Assembly: GCA_964016885.1 (NCBI GenBank)
Contig: OZ024744.1
Location: 43,710,001-43,774,000, forward strand
From: Eledone cirrhosa
Taxonomy: Eukaryota
Direction of reading: 5' to 3'
Length of the DNA stretch: 64,000 bases
In this document: positions 49,687 to 64,000 of the stretch, piece after piece
Layout: each line of letters begins with the position of its first letter
How positions within the stretch are numbered: position 1 is the stretch's first letter
Translations under genes and position numbers: made by a program
The notes under the pieces: model-generated
The model's input: the letters and a program-made list of their open reading frames with translations, nothing else
Database searches by the model: none
Told to the model about the DNA's origin: nothing

Positions 49687-52600
49687 CCCACCACCACCAC
49701 AACCTCCACCAGCACTACAACCTCCACCGCCACCACTACAACTTCCACCACCACTACAACCTCCACCTCTACAACCTCCACCACTACAACCTCCACCACC
49801 ACTACAAGCTCCACCACCACCATTACAACCTCCTACACCACCACTACTACTACCTCCACCATCACCACTACAAGCTCCACTACCACCACCACTACAACCT
49901 CCACCACCACAACTATAACTTCCACCACCACCACTACAACCTCCACCACCACCACTACAAACTCTTCCTCTACAACCTCCACCACTACAACCTCCATCGC
50001 TACAGCCTCCACGACCACTACTAACTCCATCACCACCACAACAAACTCCACCGCCACCACCACCACTACGACCTCCACAACAACCACTACAACATCCACA
50101 ACAACCACTACAACATCCACAACAACCACTACGACCTCCACCACCGCCACTACAATTTCCACTACAACCACTACAACTTCCACCACCACTACAAGCTCCA
50201 CCACAACCACAACATCCATTACCACTACAACATCCAACACCACCACTACAACCTCCACAACCACCACTACAACCTCAACCACCAACACTACCTCCACCAC
50301 CAACACCAATACAACCTCCACCGCTACAACTCCCACCAGCACTACAACCTCAACCATGACTACAACCTCCACCACCACCACTACAACCTCTACTGCCACC
50401 ACTACAACCTCCACCACAAAACACCACCAACATCCACCACCACAACCTCCACAATCACCACTACAACCTCCACCACCACCACTACAACCTCCACCACCAC
50501 CACTACAACTTCCACCATCACCAATACAACCTCCACCACTACCACTACAACCTCCACCACCACCACTATAACCTCCATCACCACCAATACAACTTCCAAC
50601 ACCACGACTACAACTTCCACAACCACCACTACAACCTCAACCGCCAACAACCCCTCCAACACCAGCACGGCTACAACTCCCACCACCACTACAACCTCCA
50701 CCATCACCACTACAACCTCCAACAGCACCACTACAACCGCAACCACCACAACAACCAACTCCACCACCACCACTACAACCACCAATATCAAAACTACAAC
50801 CTCCACAACAACCACTACAACCTCCATCACCACTACAACCTCTAACACCACCACTACAACCTCCACAACTCCAATAACCACTACATCCTCCATCACCACC
50901 ACTACAATCACCACTACAACCTCAACCACCAACACCACCTCGACCATCACCACCAATACAACCTCCACAACCACCACCGCTACAACTCTCACCAGCACTA
51001 CAACCTCCACCACCATGATTACAACCTCCACCACTACCACTACAACCTCCACCGCCACCACTACAACCTCCATCACCACTACTTCAACCTCCACAACAAC
51101 GACTACAACCTCCACCTCCACCGCCACCACTACAACCTCCATCACCACTACTACAACCTCCACAAAAACGACTACAACCTCCACCCCACCACTGCATCCT
51201 CCTCCATCACCACTACAACCTCCACCACGAACACCGCCACCACTACAACCTCCACCACCACCACTACAACCTCTACAATCACCACTACAACTTACACCAC
51301 CACCACTACAACCTCCACCATCACCAATACAACTTCCACATTTACTACTTCAACCTCCACCAGCACCACTACAACCTCCACCACCATAACTCCAAACTAC
51401 ACCACCACCACCACTACAACCTCCACCACCACCACTACAACATCCTCACCACTACAACATCCACCACCACTACAACCTCCACCACCAACACCATCACCGC
51501 TACAACTCCCACTACCACTACCAACACCACTACAACAAACACCACCACTACAACCTCCACCTCTAGCACTACAACCTCAAACATCAGCACTTCGACCTGC
51601 ACCACCACCACCATTACCACTTCCACCACCACTACAACCTCCACCACTACCACTACAACCTCCAACAACACAACTACAACCTCCACCACCACCACGACAA
51701 CCTCAACCACCAACACTACAACCCCCACCACCACCACTACAACCTTCACCACCAACATTACAACCACCACCACCACCACTACAATCTCCACCACCACCAG
51801 TACAACCTCCACCACCACCACTACAACCTCAACCACCAACAACACCTCCAACACCACCACCGCTACAACTCCTACCGCCACTACAAACTACAGCACCACC
51901 ACTACAACATCCACCACCGCTACAACCTCCACCACCACCACTACAACCTATACCATCACCAATACAACCTCCACCACCACCAATACAACTTCCACCACCA
52001 GCACTACAACTAAAACAACCACCACTGCAACCTCCACCACCATACCTACAAACTACACCACCACCACTTCAACCTCAACCACCACCACTACAACATCCAC
52101 CACCACTACAACCTCAAACATCACCAATTCGAACTGCACCACCACCACTACAACCTCCACCACACCACTACTACTTCCACCACGACTAGAGCATCCACCA
52201 CCAAAACTACGACCTCCACAACCACCAATACAACATCCACCAACACCACTACAACCTCCACCACCACCACTACAACCTCCAACACCACAAATACAACCTC
52301 CACCACCACAAACTCAACCACAAGCACTACAACCTCCACCACCAGCACTACAACCTCCACCACCACCACTAAAACCTTCACCACCAATATTACAACCACC
52401 CCCACCACCACTACAATCTCACCACCACCAGTACAACCTCCACCACCACTACAACCTCCACCACCACCACTAAAACCTCCACTACCGCCACTACGATCTC
52501 CATCACAAGCTCCACAACCACCACTAGAATCTCAACCACCACCACTTCAAACTTCCCTACCACCACTACAACCTCCACCACCACTTCAACCTCCACCACC

Positions 52601-55030
52601 ACCACTTCAAAAGCCACCACCACCACTACAACCTCCACCACCACCAATACAACCTGCACCAGTACAACTACAATCTCCACAATCACCACTACAACCACCG
52701 CCATCACCACAACCTACACCACCACCACTACAACCACCATTACAAACACCACCACCACCACTACTACCACCACCACCAACACTACAACCGCCACCACCAC
52801 CACTTCAACTTCCACCACCACAACCACCACCACCACATCAACCACAACAACAACCACTACAACCACCACCACCACTACTACATCCACCACCTCCACTACA
52901 AATACACCACCACCATTACAACTTCCGCCATCAACACTACAACCTCCACCAGCACCACCACCACCATAACAACCTCCACCACCACTACAATTTCTGCCAC
53001 TACAACCTGCACCACCACTAGATCCACCACACCCACTACAAACTCTACCACCACGACCACTACAACAACCACCACCACTGCCAAATCAACCTCCACCATC
53101 ACCACTGCAACCTCCACCACAACCACTACGACCAACACCAGTACAACCACCAGCACCTCCACTGCAACCTCCACCACCACCAGTACAACCACCACCACAA
53201 CTACAACCTCCACAAACAACACTACAATCACCACCACCACTCAACCTCCGCCACCACCACTACGACCTCAACAACCACCACTACAAACTCCAGCACCACC
53301 ACTTTAACATCCACCACAAACAATTCAACCGCCACCACTACCACTACAACCTCTACCAGCACAAATACAATCTCCACCACCACTACAACCAACACCACTA
53401 CAACCCCCACCATCACCACTACAACAACCACCAGCACCACTACAACGACCACAAAAACCACCACTACCACTACAATTTCCACCACCATTACTATAACCAC
53501 CACCACCACCACTACAACCTTCACAACCACCAATACAACCTCCACCACAACCACCACAACAGCCTCAACGACCACTACAATCTGCACCTCTACAACCTCC
53601 ACCACTAAACCTCCAGCACCACCATAACAAACACCACCACCTCCACTAAAACGTCCACCACCACCACAACAACTTCCACCACCACCACTAAAACCTCAAC
53701 CACCACCACAACAACCACCACCAGTACAACCTCCACAACCACCACCACCACCACTACAACTGCCACCCCTAACCCCACTAAAACCTCCAACACCACCAAT
53801 ACAACCTTCACCACCACCACTACAACCCCCACCATCACCACTATTACCTCCACAACCACCACTACAACCTCCATTACCACCAATACAACTTCCAACCAAT
53901 ATAACCAACACGACGACTTCAACCACCACCACCACCACCACCTTCACTATAACCTCCTCCAGCACCACTACAACCTCCACCACCACCACTACAACCTCCA
54001 TCACCACCACTACTATCTCCACCACCACCACTGCAAACTCCACCAATACAACCTCCACCAATACAATCTGCAGCACCACCATTACAACCTAAACTACCAC
54101 CATTATATCCGACACCACCACTACCACCACCACTACTACCTCCACCACCACCACTAAAACCTCCACCACCAACATAACAACCAACAGCACCTCCACTAAA
54201 ACATCCACTGCCACCACTACAACTTCAACCACCACCACCACCACTTCAAATTCGCCTACCACCACTACAACCTCCACCAACACCACCACCACTTCAACCT
54301 CCACCACCACCACCACTTCAAACTCCCCTACCACCACTAAAACCTCCACCAACAACACCACCACCACTACTATAACCTCCACCAACACCACCACTACAAC
54401 ATTCACAAACACCAATACAACCTCCACCACAAGCACCACAACAGCCTCAACGACCACTACAATCTGCACCTCTACAAACTCCACCACTAAACCTCCACCA
54501 CCACCTCCACGAAAACGTCCACCACCACCACCACCACCACTAAAAGCTCAACCACCACCACTACAACCACCACCAACACCTCCACTACAAGCTCCACAAC
54601 AACCACTACAACATCAACCAAGACCACTTCAACCTACACCACCACCACTTCGACCTCCACCACCACCATTTCAAACTCCGCACCATCACTACAACCTCCA
54701 TCACCACCACTTCAACCTCCACTACCAACATTTCAACAAATACCACTACCACTACAACCTCCACGACCACTACTACAACCTCCACCATCACCATTACAAC
54801 CTCCACCACCACCACTACATCCTCGACAACCAGCACTACAACCAACAGCACCACCGCTACACCAAGCTTCGACACCTCTACAACCACCACCCACCACTAC
54901 AATCTCCAACATTACAACATCCACCAACAACACTACAACCACCACTTCAACCTCCACTACCACCACTTTATCCTCCACCACTACCAGGAATACAACGTCC
55001 ACCACCACCACCACTAAAAACTCCACCACC
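49687..55030. repeat. 5.3-kb degenerate triplet-based minisatellite ACTACAACCTCC(ACC)n
   Basis: Almost G-free plus strand with 15-21 bp units. It reads poly-Thr/Ser, LQPPP or YNLHH depending on frame, and the phase shifts every few hundred bp. Confidence 0.93.
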
Positions 55031-58000
55031 TATTATAGAAGTAATTTAGGGTGGTGTCTATTATAGAGGTAATATAGGGTAGTGTCTATTATAGAGGTAA
55101 TATAGGGTGTTATCTATTATAGAGATAACACAGGGTGGTGTCTAATATAGAGGTAAACATAGGGTGGTGTCTAATATAGAGGTAACATAGGGTGGTGTCT
55201 GATATTGAGGTAATATAGGGTGGTGTCATTATAGAGGTATTAAGGGGTGGTGTCATTATAGAGGTAGCATAGGGTGGTGTCTATTATAGAGGTAACATAG
55301 GCTGGTGTCCATTATAGAGGTAACATAGGGTGGTGTCTAGTATAGAGGTAACAAAGGGTGGTGTCTGATATTGAGGTAATATAAGGCGGTGTCATTATAG
55401 AGGTAACAAAGGGTGGTGTCTATTACAGAGGGAACATAGGGTGGTGTCTATTATAGAGGTAACATAGGGTGGTGTCTATTATAGAGGTAACATAGGCTGG
55501 TGTCTAATATAGTGGTAACATAGGGTGGTGTCTATTATAGAGGTAACATAGGGTGTTGTCTATTATAGAGGTAATATAGGGTGGTGTCTAGTATAGAGTT
55601 AATATAGGGTTGTGTCTAATATAGAGGTAACATGGGGTGGTGTCTATTATCGAGGTAATATATGGTGGTGTCTAGTATAGAAGTAACATAGGATGGTGTC
55701 CATTATAGCGGTAACATAGGGTGGTGTCTAATACAGAGGAAACATAGGGTGGTGTCTAGTATAGAGGTATTAAAGGGTGGTATCTATTATAGAGGAAACA
55801 CAGGGTGTTGTTTAATATAGAGGTAATATAGGGTGGTGTCAAATATAGAGGTAACATAGGGTGATGTCATTATAGAGGTAACATAGGGTAGTGTCTAATA
55901 TAGAGGTAATATAAGGGGGAGTCATTATAGAGGTAACATAGGGTGGTGTCTAATATAGAGGTGTTAGAGGGTGGTGTCAATTATAGAGGAACATAGGGTG
56001 ATGTCTATTATAGAGGTAACATAGGGTGGTGTCTATTATAGAGGTAATATAGGGTGGTGTCTAATATAGACATAACATAGGGTGGTGTCTAATATGCAGG
56101 TAATATCTGGTGGTGTCTAATATAGAGGTAATATAGGGTAGTGTCTAATAGAGAGGTAACATAGGGTTGTGTCTAATATACAGGTAACATAGGGTGGTGT
56201 CTAATATAGAGGTAATATAGGGTGGCGTCTAATACAGAGCTAAGATAGGGTGATGTCTAATATAGAGATGACATAGGGTGATGTCTAATATAGAGGTAAC
56301 ATAGGGTTGTTTCTATTATAGAGGTAATATAGGGTGGCATCTAATACAGAGGAAACATAGGGTGGCGTCTAGTATAGAGGTATTATAGGGTGGTGTCTAT
56401 TATAGAGGAAACACAGGGTGTTGTTTAATATAGAGGTAATATAGGGTGGTGTCTAATATAGAGGTAATATAGGGTGGTGTCTAATATAGAGGTAATAAGG
56501 GTGGAGTCTAATATACAGGTAACATAGGGTGGTGTCTAATATAGAGGTAAAATAGGCTGGTGTCCATTATAGAGGTAGCATAGGGTGGTGTCTAATATAG
56601 AGGTAACAAAGGGTGGTGTCTATTACAGAGGTAACATACGGTGGTGAATAATATAGAGGTAACATATTGTGGTGTCTAATATAGAGGTAATATAGGGTGG
56701 TGTTTAAAATAGAGGTATTATATGGTCGTGTCAATTATAGAGGTAACATAGGGTGGTGTCTAATATAGAGGTAACATAAGGTGTTGTCTCATATAGAGGT
56801 AACATCGGGTGGTGTCATTATAGAGGTAATATAGGGTTGTGTCTAATATGGAGAAAACATAGGGTGGTGTCATTATAGAGGTAACATAAGGTGGTGTCCA
56901 TTAAGAGGTAACATAGGGTGGTGTCTATTATAGAGGTAACATAAGGTGTTGTCTAATATAGAGGTAACATCGAGTGGTGTCATTATAGAGGTAATATGGG
57001 GTTGTGTCTAATATAGATGTAACATAGGGTGGTGTCATTATAGAGGTAACATAGGGTGGTGTCTAATATACTGGTAATATAGGGTGGCGTCCAATACAGA
57101 GGTAATATCTGGTGGTGTCTAATATAGAGGTATTATATTCTCATGTCAATTATAGAGGTAACATAGCGTGGTGTCTAATATAGAGGTAACATAGGGTGGT
57201 GTCCATTATAGAGGTAACAAAGGGTGGTGTCTAATATAGAGGTAACATAAGGTGTTGTCTAATATAGAGGTAACATCGGGTGGTGTCATTATAGAGGTAA
57301 TATAGGGTTGTGTCTAATATGGATGTAACATAGGGTGGTGTCTAATATACAGGTAATATATGGTGGCGTCTAATAAAGAGGTAACATAGGGTGGTGTCAA
57401 ATATAGAGGTAACATAGGGTGGTGTCAAATATAGAGGTAACATAGGGTGGTGTCCATTATAGAGGTAACATACGGTGGTGTCTAATATAGAGGTAATATA
57501 GGGTGGCGTCTAATACAGAGGTAAGATAGGGTGGTGTCAAATATAGAGATGACATAGGGTGATGTCTAATATAGACGTAACATAGGGTTGTGACTATTAT
57601 AGAGGCAATATAGGGTGGCATCTAATACAGAGGAAACATAGGGTCGTGTCTAGTATAGAGGTATTAAAGGGTGGTGTCTATTATAGAGGAAACACAGGGT
57701 GTTGTTTAATATAGAGGTAATATAGGGTGGTGTCTAATATAGAGGTAACATAGGGTGGTGTCATTATAGAGGTAACATAGGGTAGTGTCTAATATAGAGG
57801 TAATATAAAGGGGAGTCATTATAGAGGTAACATAGGGTGGTGTCGAATATAGAGGTGTTATAGGGTGGTGTCAATTATTGAGGAACATACGGTGGTGTCT
57901 ATTATAGAGGTAATATAGGGTGGTGTCTAATATAGAGGTAACATATTGTGGTGTCTAATATAGAGGTAATATAGGGTGGTGTCTATTATAGAGGTAACAT

Positions 58001-61000
58001 AGGGTGGGGTCTATTATAGAGGTAATATAGGGTGGTGTCTAATATAGAGGTAACAAAAGGTGGTGTCTATTACAGAGGGAACATAGGGTGGAGTCTATTA
58101 TAGAGGTAACATAGGGTGGTGTCTATTATAGAGGTAACATAGGGTGTTGTCTAATATAGAGGTAACATATTGTGGTGTTTAATATAGAGGTAACATATTG
58201 TGGTGTTTAATATAGAGGTGATATAGGGTGGTGTCTAATATAGAGGTAACATCGGGTGTTGTCTATTATAGTGGTAACATACGGTGGTGTCTAATATAGA
58301 GGTAACATAGGGTGGTGTCTAATATAGAGGTAACATAAGGTGTTGTCTAATATAGAGGTAACATCGGGTGGTGTCATTATAGAGGTAATATAGGGTTGTG
58401 TCTAATATAGAGAAAACAGGGTGGTGTCATTATAGAGGTAACATAGGGTGGTGTCTAATATAGAGGGAACATAAGGTGTTGTCTAATATAGAGGTAACAT
58501 AGGGTGGTGTCTAATATCGAGGTAATATAGGGTGGCGTCCAATACAGAGGTAAGATAGGGTGGTGTCTAATATAGAGATGACATAGGGTGATGTCTAATA
58601 TAGAGGTAACATAGGGTGGTGTCTATTATAGAGGTAATATAGGGTGGCATCTAATACAGAGGAAACATAGGGTGGTGTCTAGTATAGAGGTATTATAGGG
58701 TGGTGTCTATTATAGAGGAAACACAGTGTGTTGTTTAATATAGAGGTAATATAGGGTGGTGTCTAATATAGAGGTAATATAGGGTGGTGTCTAATATAGA
58801 GGTGTTATAGGGTGGTGTCAATTATAGAGGAACAAAGGGTGGTGTCTATTATAGAGGTAACATTGGGTGGTGTCTATTATAGAGGTAATATAGGGCGGTG
58901 TCAAATATAGAGGTAACATAGGGTGGTGTCTAGTATAGAGGTATTAAAGGGTGGTATCTATTATAGAGGAAACACAGGGTGTTGTTTAATATAGAGGTAA
59001 TATAGGGTGGTGTCAAATATAGAGGTAACAGGGTGATGTCATTATAGAGGTAACATAGGGTAGTGTCTAATACAGAGGTAATATAAGGGGGAGTCATTAT
59101 AGAGGTAACATAGAGTGGTGTCTAATATAGAGGTGTTAGAGGGTGGTGTCTAATATGCAGGTAATATCTGGTGGTGTCTAATATAGAGGTAATGTAGGGT
59201 AGTGTCTAATAGAGAGGTAACATAGGGTTGTGTCTAATATAGAGGTAACATAGGGTGGTGTCTAATATAGAGGTAATATAGGGTGGCGTCTAATACAGAG
59301 GTAAGATAGGGTGGTGTCTAATATAGAGATGACATAGGGTGATGTCTAATATAGAGGTAACATAGGGTTGTTTCTATTATAGAGGTAATATAGGGTGGCA
59401 TCTAATACAGAGGAAACATAGGGTGGCGTCTAGTATAGAGGTATTATAGGGTGGTGTCTATTATACAGGAAACACAGGGTGTTGTTTAATATAGAGGTAA
59501 TATAGGGTGGTGTCTAATATAGAGGTAATATATGGTGGTGTCTAATATAGAGGTAATAAGGGTGGAGTCTAATATACAGGTAACATAGGGTGGTGTCTAA
59601 TATAGAGGTAAAATAGGCTGGTGTCCATTATAGAGGTAGCATAGGGTGGTGTCTAATATAGAGGTAACAAAGGGTGGTGTCTATTACAGAGGTAACATAG
59701 GGTGGTGACTATTATAGAGGTAACATAGGGTGGTGTCTACCATAGAGGTAACATAGGGTGTTGTCTCTTATAGAGGTAATATAGGGTGGTGTCTATTATA
59801 GTGGTAACATACGGTGGTGAATAATATAGAGGTAACATATTGTGGTGTCTAATATAGAGGTAATATAGGGTGGTGTTTAAAATAGAGGTATTATATGGTC
59901 GTGTCAATTATATAGGTAACATAGGGTGGTGTCTAATATAGAGGTAACATAAGGTGTTGTCTCATATAGAGGTAACATCGGGTGGTGTCATTATAGAGGT
60001 AATATAGGGTTGTGTCTAATATGGAGAAAACATAGGGTGGTGTCATTATAGAGGTAACATAAGGTGGTGTCCATTAAGAGGTAACATAGGGTGGTGTCTA
60101 TTATAGAGGTAACATAAGGTGTTGTCTAATATAGAGGTAACATCGAGTGGTGTCATTATAGAGGTAATATAGGGTTGTGTCTAATATAGATGTAACATAG
60201 GGTGGTGTCATTATAGAGGTAACATAGGGTGGTGTCTAATATACTGGTAATATAGGGGGGCGTCCAATACAGAGGTAATATCTGGTGGTGTCTAATATAG
60301 AGGTATTATATTCTCATGTCAATTATAGAGGTAACATAGCGTGGTGTCTAATATAGAGGTAACATAAGGTGTTGTCTAAAATAGAGGTAAGATCGGGTGG
60401 TGTCATTATAGAGGTAATATAGGGTTGTGTCTAATATGGATGTAACATAGGGTGGTGTCTAATATAGAGGTAATATAGGGTGGCGTCTAATAAAGAGGTA
60501 ACATAGGGTGGTGTCTAATATAGAGGTAACATAGGGTGGTGTCAAATATAGAGGTAACATAGGGTGGTGTCCATTATAGAGGTAACATACGGTGGTGTCT
60601 AATATAGAGGTAATATAGGGTGGCGTCTAATACAGAGGTAAGATAGGGTGGTGTCAAATATAGAGATGACATAGGGTGATGTCTAATATAGACGTAACAT
60701 AGGGTTGTGACTATTATAGAGGTAATATAGGGTGGCATCTAATACAGAGGAAACATAGGGTTGTGTCTAGTATAGAGGTATTAAAGGGTGGTGTCTATTA
60801 TAGAGGAAACACAGGGTGTTGTTTAATATAGAGGTAATATAGGGTGGTGTCTAATATAGAGGTAACATAGGGTGGTGTCATTATAGAGGTAACATAGGGT
60901 AGTGTCTAATATAGAGGTAATATAAAGGGGAGTCATTATAGAGGTAACATAGGGTGGTGTTGAATATAGAGGTGTTATAGGGTGGTGTCAATTATTGAGG

Positions 61001-64000
61001 AACATACGGTGGTGTCTATTATAGAGGTAATATAGGGTGGTGTCTAATATAGAGGTAACATATTGTGGTGTCTAATATAGAGGTAATATAGGGTGGTGTC
61101 TATTATAGAGGTAACATAGGGTGTGGTCTATTATAGAGGTAATATAGGGTGGTGTCTAATATAGAGGTAACAAAAGGTGGTGTCTATTACAGAGGGAACA
61201 TAGGGTGGAGTCTATTATAGAGGTAACATAGGGTGGTGTCTATTATAGAGGTAACATAGGGTGTTGTCTAATATAGAGGTAACATATTGTGGTGTTTAAT
61301 ATAGAGGTAACATATTGTGGTGTTTAATATAGAGGTAATATAGGGTGGTGTCTAATATAGAGGTAACATCGGGTGTTGTCTATTATAGTGGTAACATACG
61401 GTGGTGTCTAATATAGAGGTAACATAGGGTGGTGTCTAATATAGAGGTAACATAAGGTGTTGTCCAATATAGAGGTAACATCGGGTGGTGTCATTATAGA
61501 GGTAATATAGGGTTGTGTCTAATATAGAGAAAACAGGGTGGTGTCTAATATAGAGGGAACATAAGGTGTTATCTAATATAGAGGTAACATAGGGTGGTGT
61601 CTAATATCGAGGTAATATAGGGTGGCGTCCAATACAGAGGTAAGATAGGGTGGTGTCTAATATAGAGATGACATAGGGTGATGTCTAATATAGAGGTAAC
61701 ATAGGGTGGTGTCTATTATAGAGGTAATATAGGGTGGCATCTAATACAGAGGAAACATAGGGTTGTGTCTAGTATAGAGGTATTATAGGGTGGTGTCTAT
61801 TATAGAGGAAACACAGTGTGTTGTTTAATATAGAGGTAATATAGGGTGGTGTCTAATATAGAGGTAATATAGGGTGGTGTCTAATATAGAGGTGTTATAG
61901 GGTGGTGTCAATTATAGAGGAACAAAGGGTGGTGTCTATTATAGAGGTAACATTGGGTGGTGTCTATTATAGAGGTAATATAGGGTGGTGTCTAATATAG
62001 AGGTAACATAAGCTTGTGTCTAATATGCAGGTAATATCAGGAGGTGTCTAAAATGGAGGTAATATAGGGAGGTAACATAGGGTGGTGTCTAGTATAGAGG
62101 TATTAAAGGGTGGTGTCTATTATAGAGGAAACACAGGGTGTTGTTTAATATAGGGGTAATATAGGGTGGTGTCTAATATAGAAGTAACATAGGGTGATGT
62201 CATTATAGAGGTAACATAGGGTGGTGTCTAATATAGAGGATTTATAGGGTGGTGTCAATTATAGGGGAAGATATGGTGGTGTCTATTATAGAGGTAACAT
62301 AGGGTGGTTTCTATTATAGAGGTAATATAGGGTGGTGTCTAATATAGAGGTAACATAAGCTTGTGTCTAATATGCAGGTAATATCAGGAGGTGTCTAATA
62401 TGGAGGTAATATAGGGTAGTGTCTAATAGAGAGGTAACATAGGGTGGTGTCTAATATAGATGTAACATAGGGTGGTGTCTAATATAGAGGTAGCATAGGC
62501 TGGTGTCCATTATAGAGGTAGCATAGGGTGGTGTCTAATATAGGGGTAACATAGGGTGGTGTCTATTAGAGAGGTAACATAGGGTGGTGTCTATTATAGA
62601 GGTAACATAGGGTGGTGTCATTATAGAGGTAACATAGGCTGGTGTCTAATATAGTGGTAATATATGGTGGCGTCTAATAAAGAGGTAACATAGGGTGGTG
62701 TCTAAAATAGAGGTAACACAGGGTGGTGTCCATTATAGAGGTAACATACGGTGGTGTCTAATATAGAGTTAATATAGGGTGGCGTCTAAAACAGAGGTAA
62801 GATAGGGTGGTGTCTAATATAGAGATGACATAGGGTAGTGTCTAATGTAGCGGTAATATAAAGGGGAGTCATTATAGAGGTAACATAGGGTGGTGTCGAA
62901 TATAGAGGTGTTATAGGGTGGTGTCAATTATTGAGGAACATAGGGTGGTGTCTATTATAGAGGTAACATAGGGTGGTGTCTATTATAGAGGTAATATAGG
63001 GTGGTGTCTAATATAGACATAAGATAGGGTGATGTCTAATATGCAGGTAATATCTGGTGGTGTCTAATATAGAGGTATTATATGGTCGTGTCAATTATGG
63101 AGGTAACATAGGGTGGTGTCTAATATAGAGGTAATATAGGCTGGTGTCCATTATAGAGGTAGCATAGGGTGGTGACTAATATAGAGGTAACAAAAGGTGT
63201 TGTCTATTACAGAGGGAACATAGGGTGGTGTCTATTATAGAGGTAACATAGGGTGTTGTCTATTATAGAGGTAATATAGGGTGGTGTTTAATATAGAGGT
63301 AACATATTGTGGTGTCTAATATACAGGTAATATAGGGTGGTGTCTATTATAGAGGTAACATAGGGTGATGTCTATTATAGAGGTAATATAGGGTGGTGTC
63401 TATTATAGTGGTAACATACGGTGGTGTCTAATATAGAGGTAACATATTGTGGTGTCTAATATAGAGGTAACATAGGGTGGTGTCTAATGTAGAGGTATTA
63501 TATGGTCGTGTCAATTATAGAGGTAACATAGGGTGGTGTCTAATATAGAGGGAACATAAGGTGTTGTCTAATATAGAGGTAACATTGGGTGGTGTCATTA
63601 TAGAGGTAACATAGGGTGGTGTCTAATATAGAGGTAATATATGGTGGCGTCTAATAAAGAGGTAACATAGGGTGGTGTCTAATATAGAGGTAACATAGGG
63701 TGGTGTCCATTATAGAGGTAACATAGGGTGGTGTCTAATATCGAGGTAATATAGGGTGGCGTCCAAGACAGAGGTAAGATAGGGTGGTATCTAATATAGA
63801 GATGACATAGGGTGATGTCTAATATAGAGGTAACATAGGGTTGTGTCTATTATAGAGGTAATATAGGGTGGCATCTAATACAGAGGAAACATAGGGTGGT
63901 GTCTAGTATAGAGGTATTATAGGGTGGTGTCTATTATAGAGGAAACACAGTGTGTTGTTTAATATAGAGGTAATATAGGGTGGTGCCTAATATAGAGGTA
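55031..64000. repeat. 28-bp satellite TCTAATATAGAGGTAACATAGGGTGGTG with higher-order structure, running off the window end
   Basis: Continuous tandem array of about 9 kb; rare variants recur at ~3.06-3.17 kb spacing. Confidence 0.97.

Noticed and set aside
49632-55029. Poly-Val ORFs on the minus strand and His-rich or Pro-rich ORFs on the plus strand
   Set aside because: Frame artefacts of the ACC/ACT triplet repeat.
55031-64000. CRISPR array (28-bp repeat) or true telomere
   Set aside because: Monomers are contiguous with no spacers, there are no cas genes and the DNA is eukaryotic. There are no tandem TTAGGG runs.

Overview
This is AT-rich, microsatellite-laden animal DNA, most likely from an octopod cephalopod, judged from its tRNA-derived SINE and (TA/TG)n load (inference). 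Almost all of it is repeat-derived. The only convincing host coding sequence is one minus-strand exon (3743-4081) encoding a signal peptide plus a PAN/Apple-like domain. Mobile elements: decayed and near-complete Tx1/L1-type LINEs; R4/Dong-type and CRE-type restriction-like-endonuclease LINE fragments; several Penelope-like elements (PLEs; probably Naiad-type, with a CxCx5C knuckle and GIY-YIG domain); a Chapaev3-type DNA transposon with a TTA target-site duplication (TSD); an internally deleted Merlin/ISXO2 element with a 9-bp TSD; five SINE copies. The window ends in a 5.3-kb ACC/ACT triplet minisatellite that switches abruptly into a 28-bp satellite with a ~3.1-kb higher-order repeat. The most striking pattern is a run of large inverted repeats from 14.4 to 49.1 kb (arms 0.1-3.8 kb). 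Four of them are PLE fold-backs capped by type-I hammerhead ribozyme motifs, and at least six different hammerhead-like sequence families occur, several with very long stem II inserts. All family assignments come from recalled motifs, not database searches. Most ORF-track entries are microsatellite artefacts.
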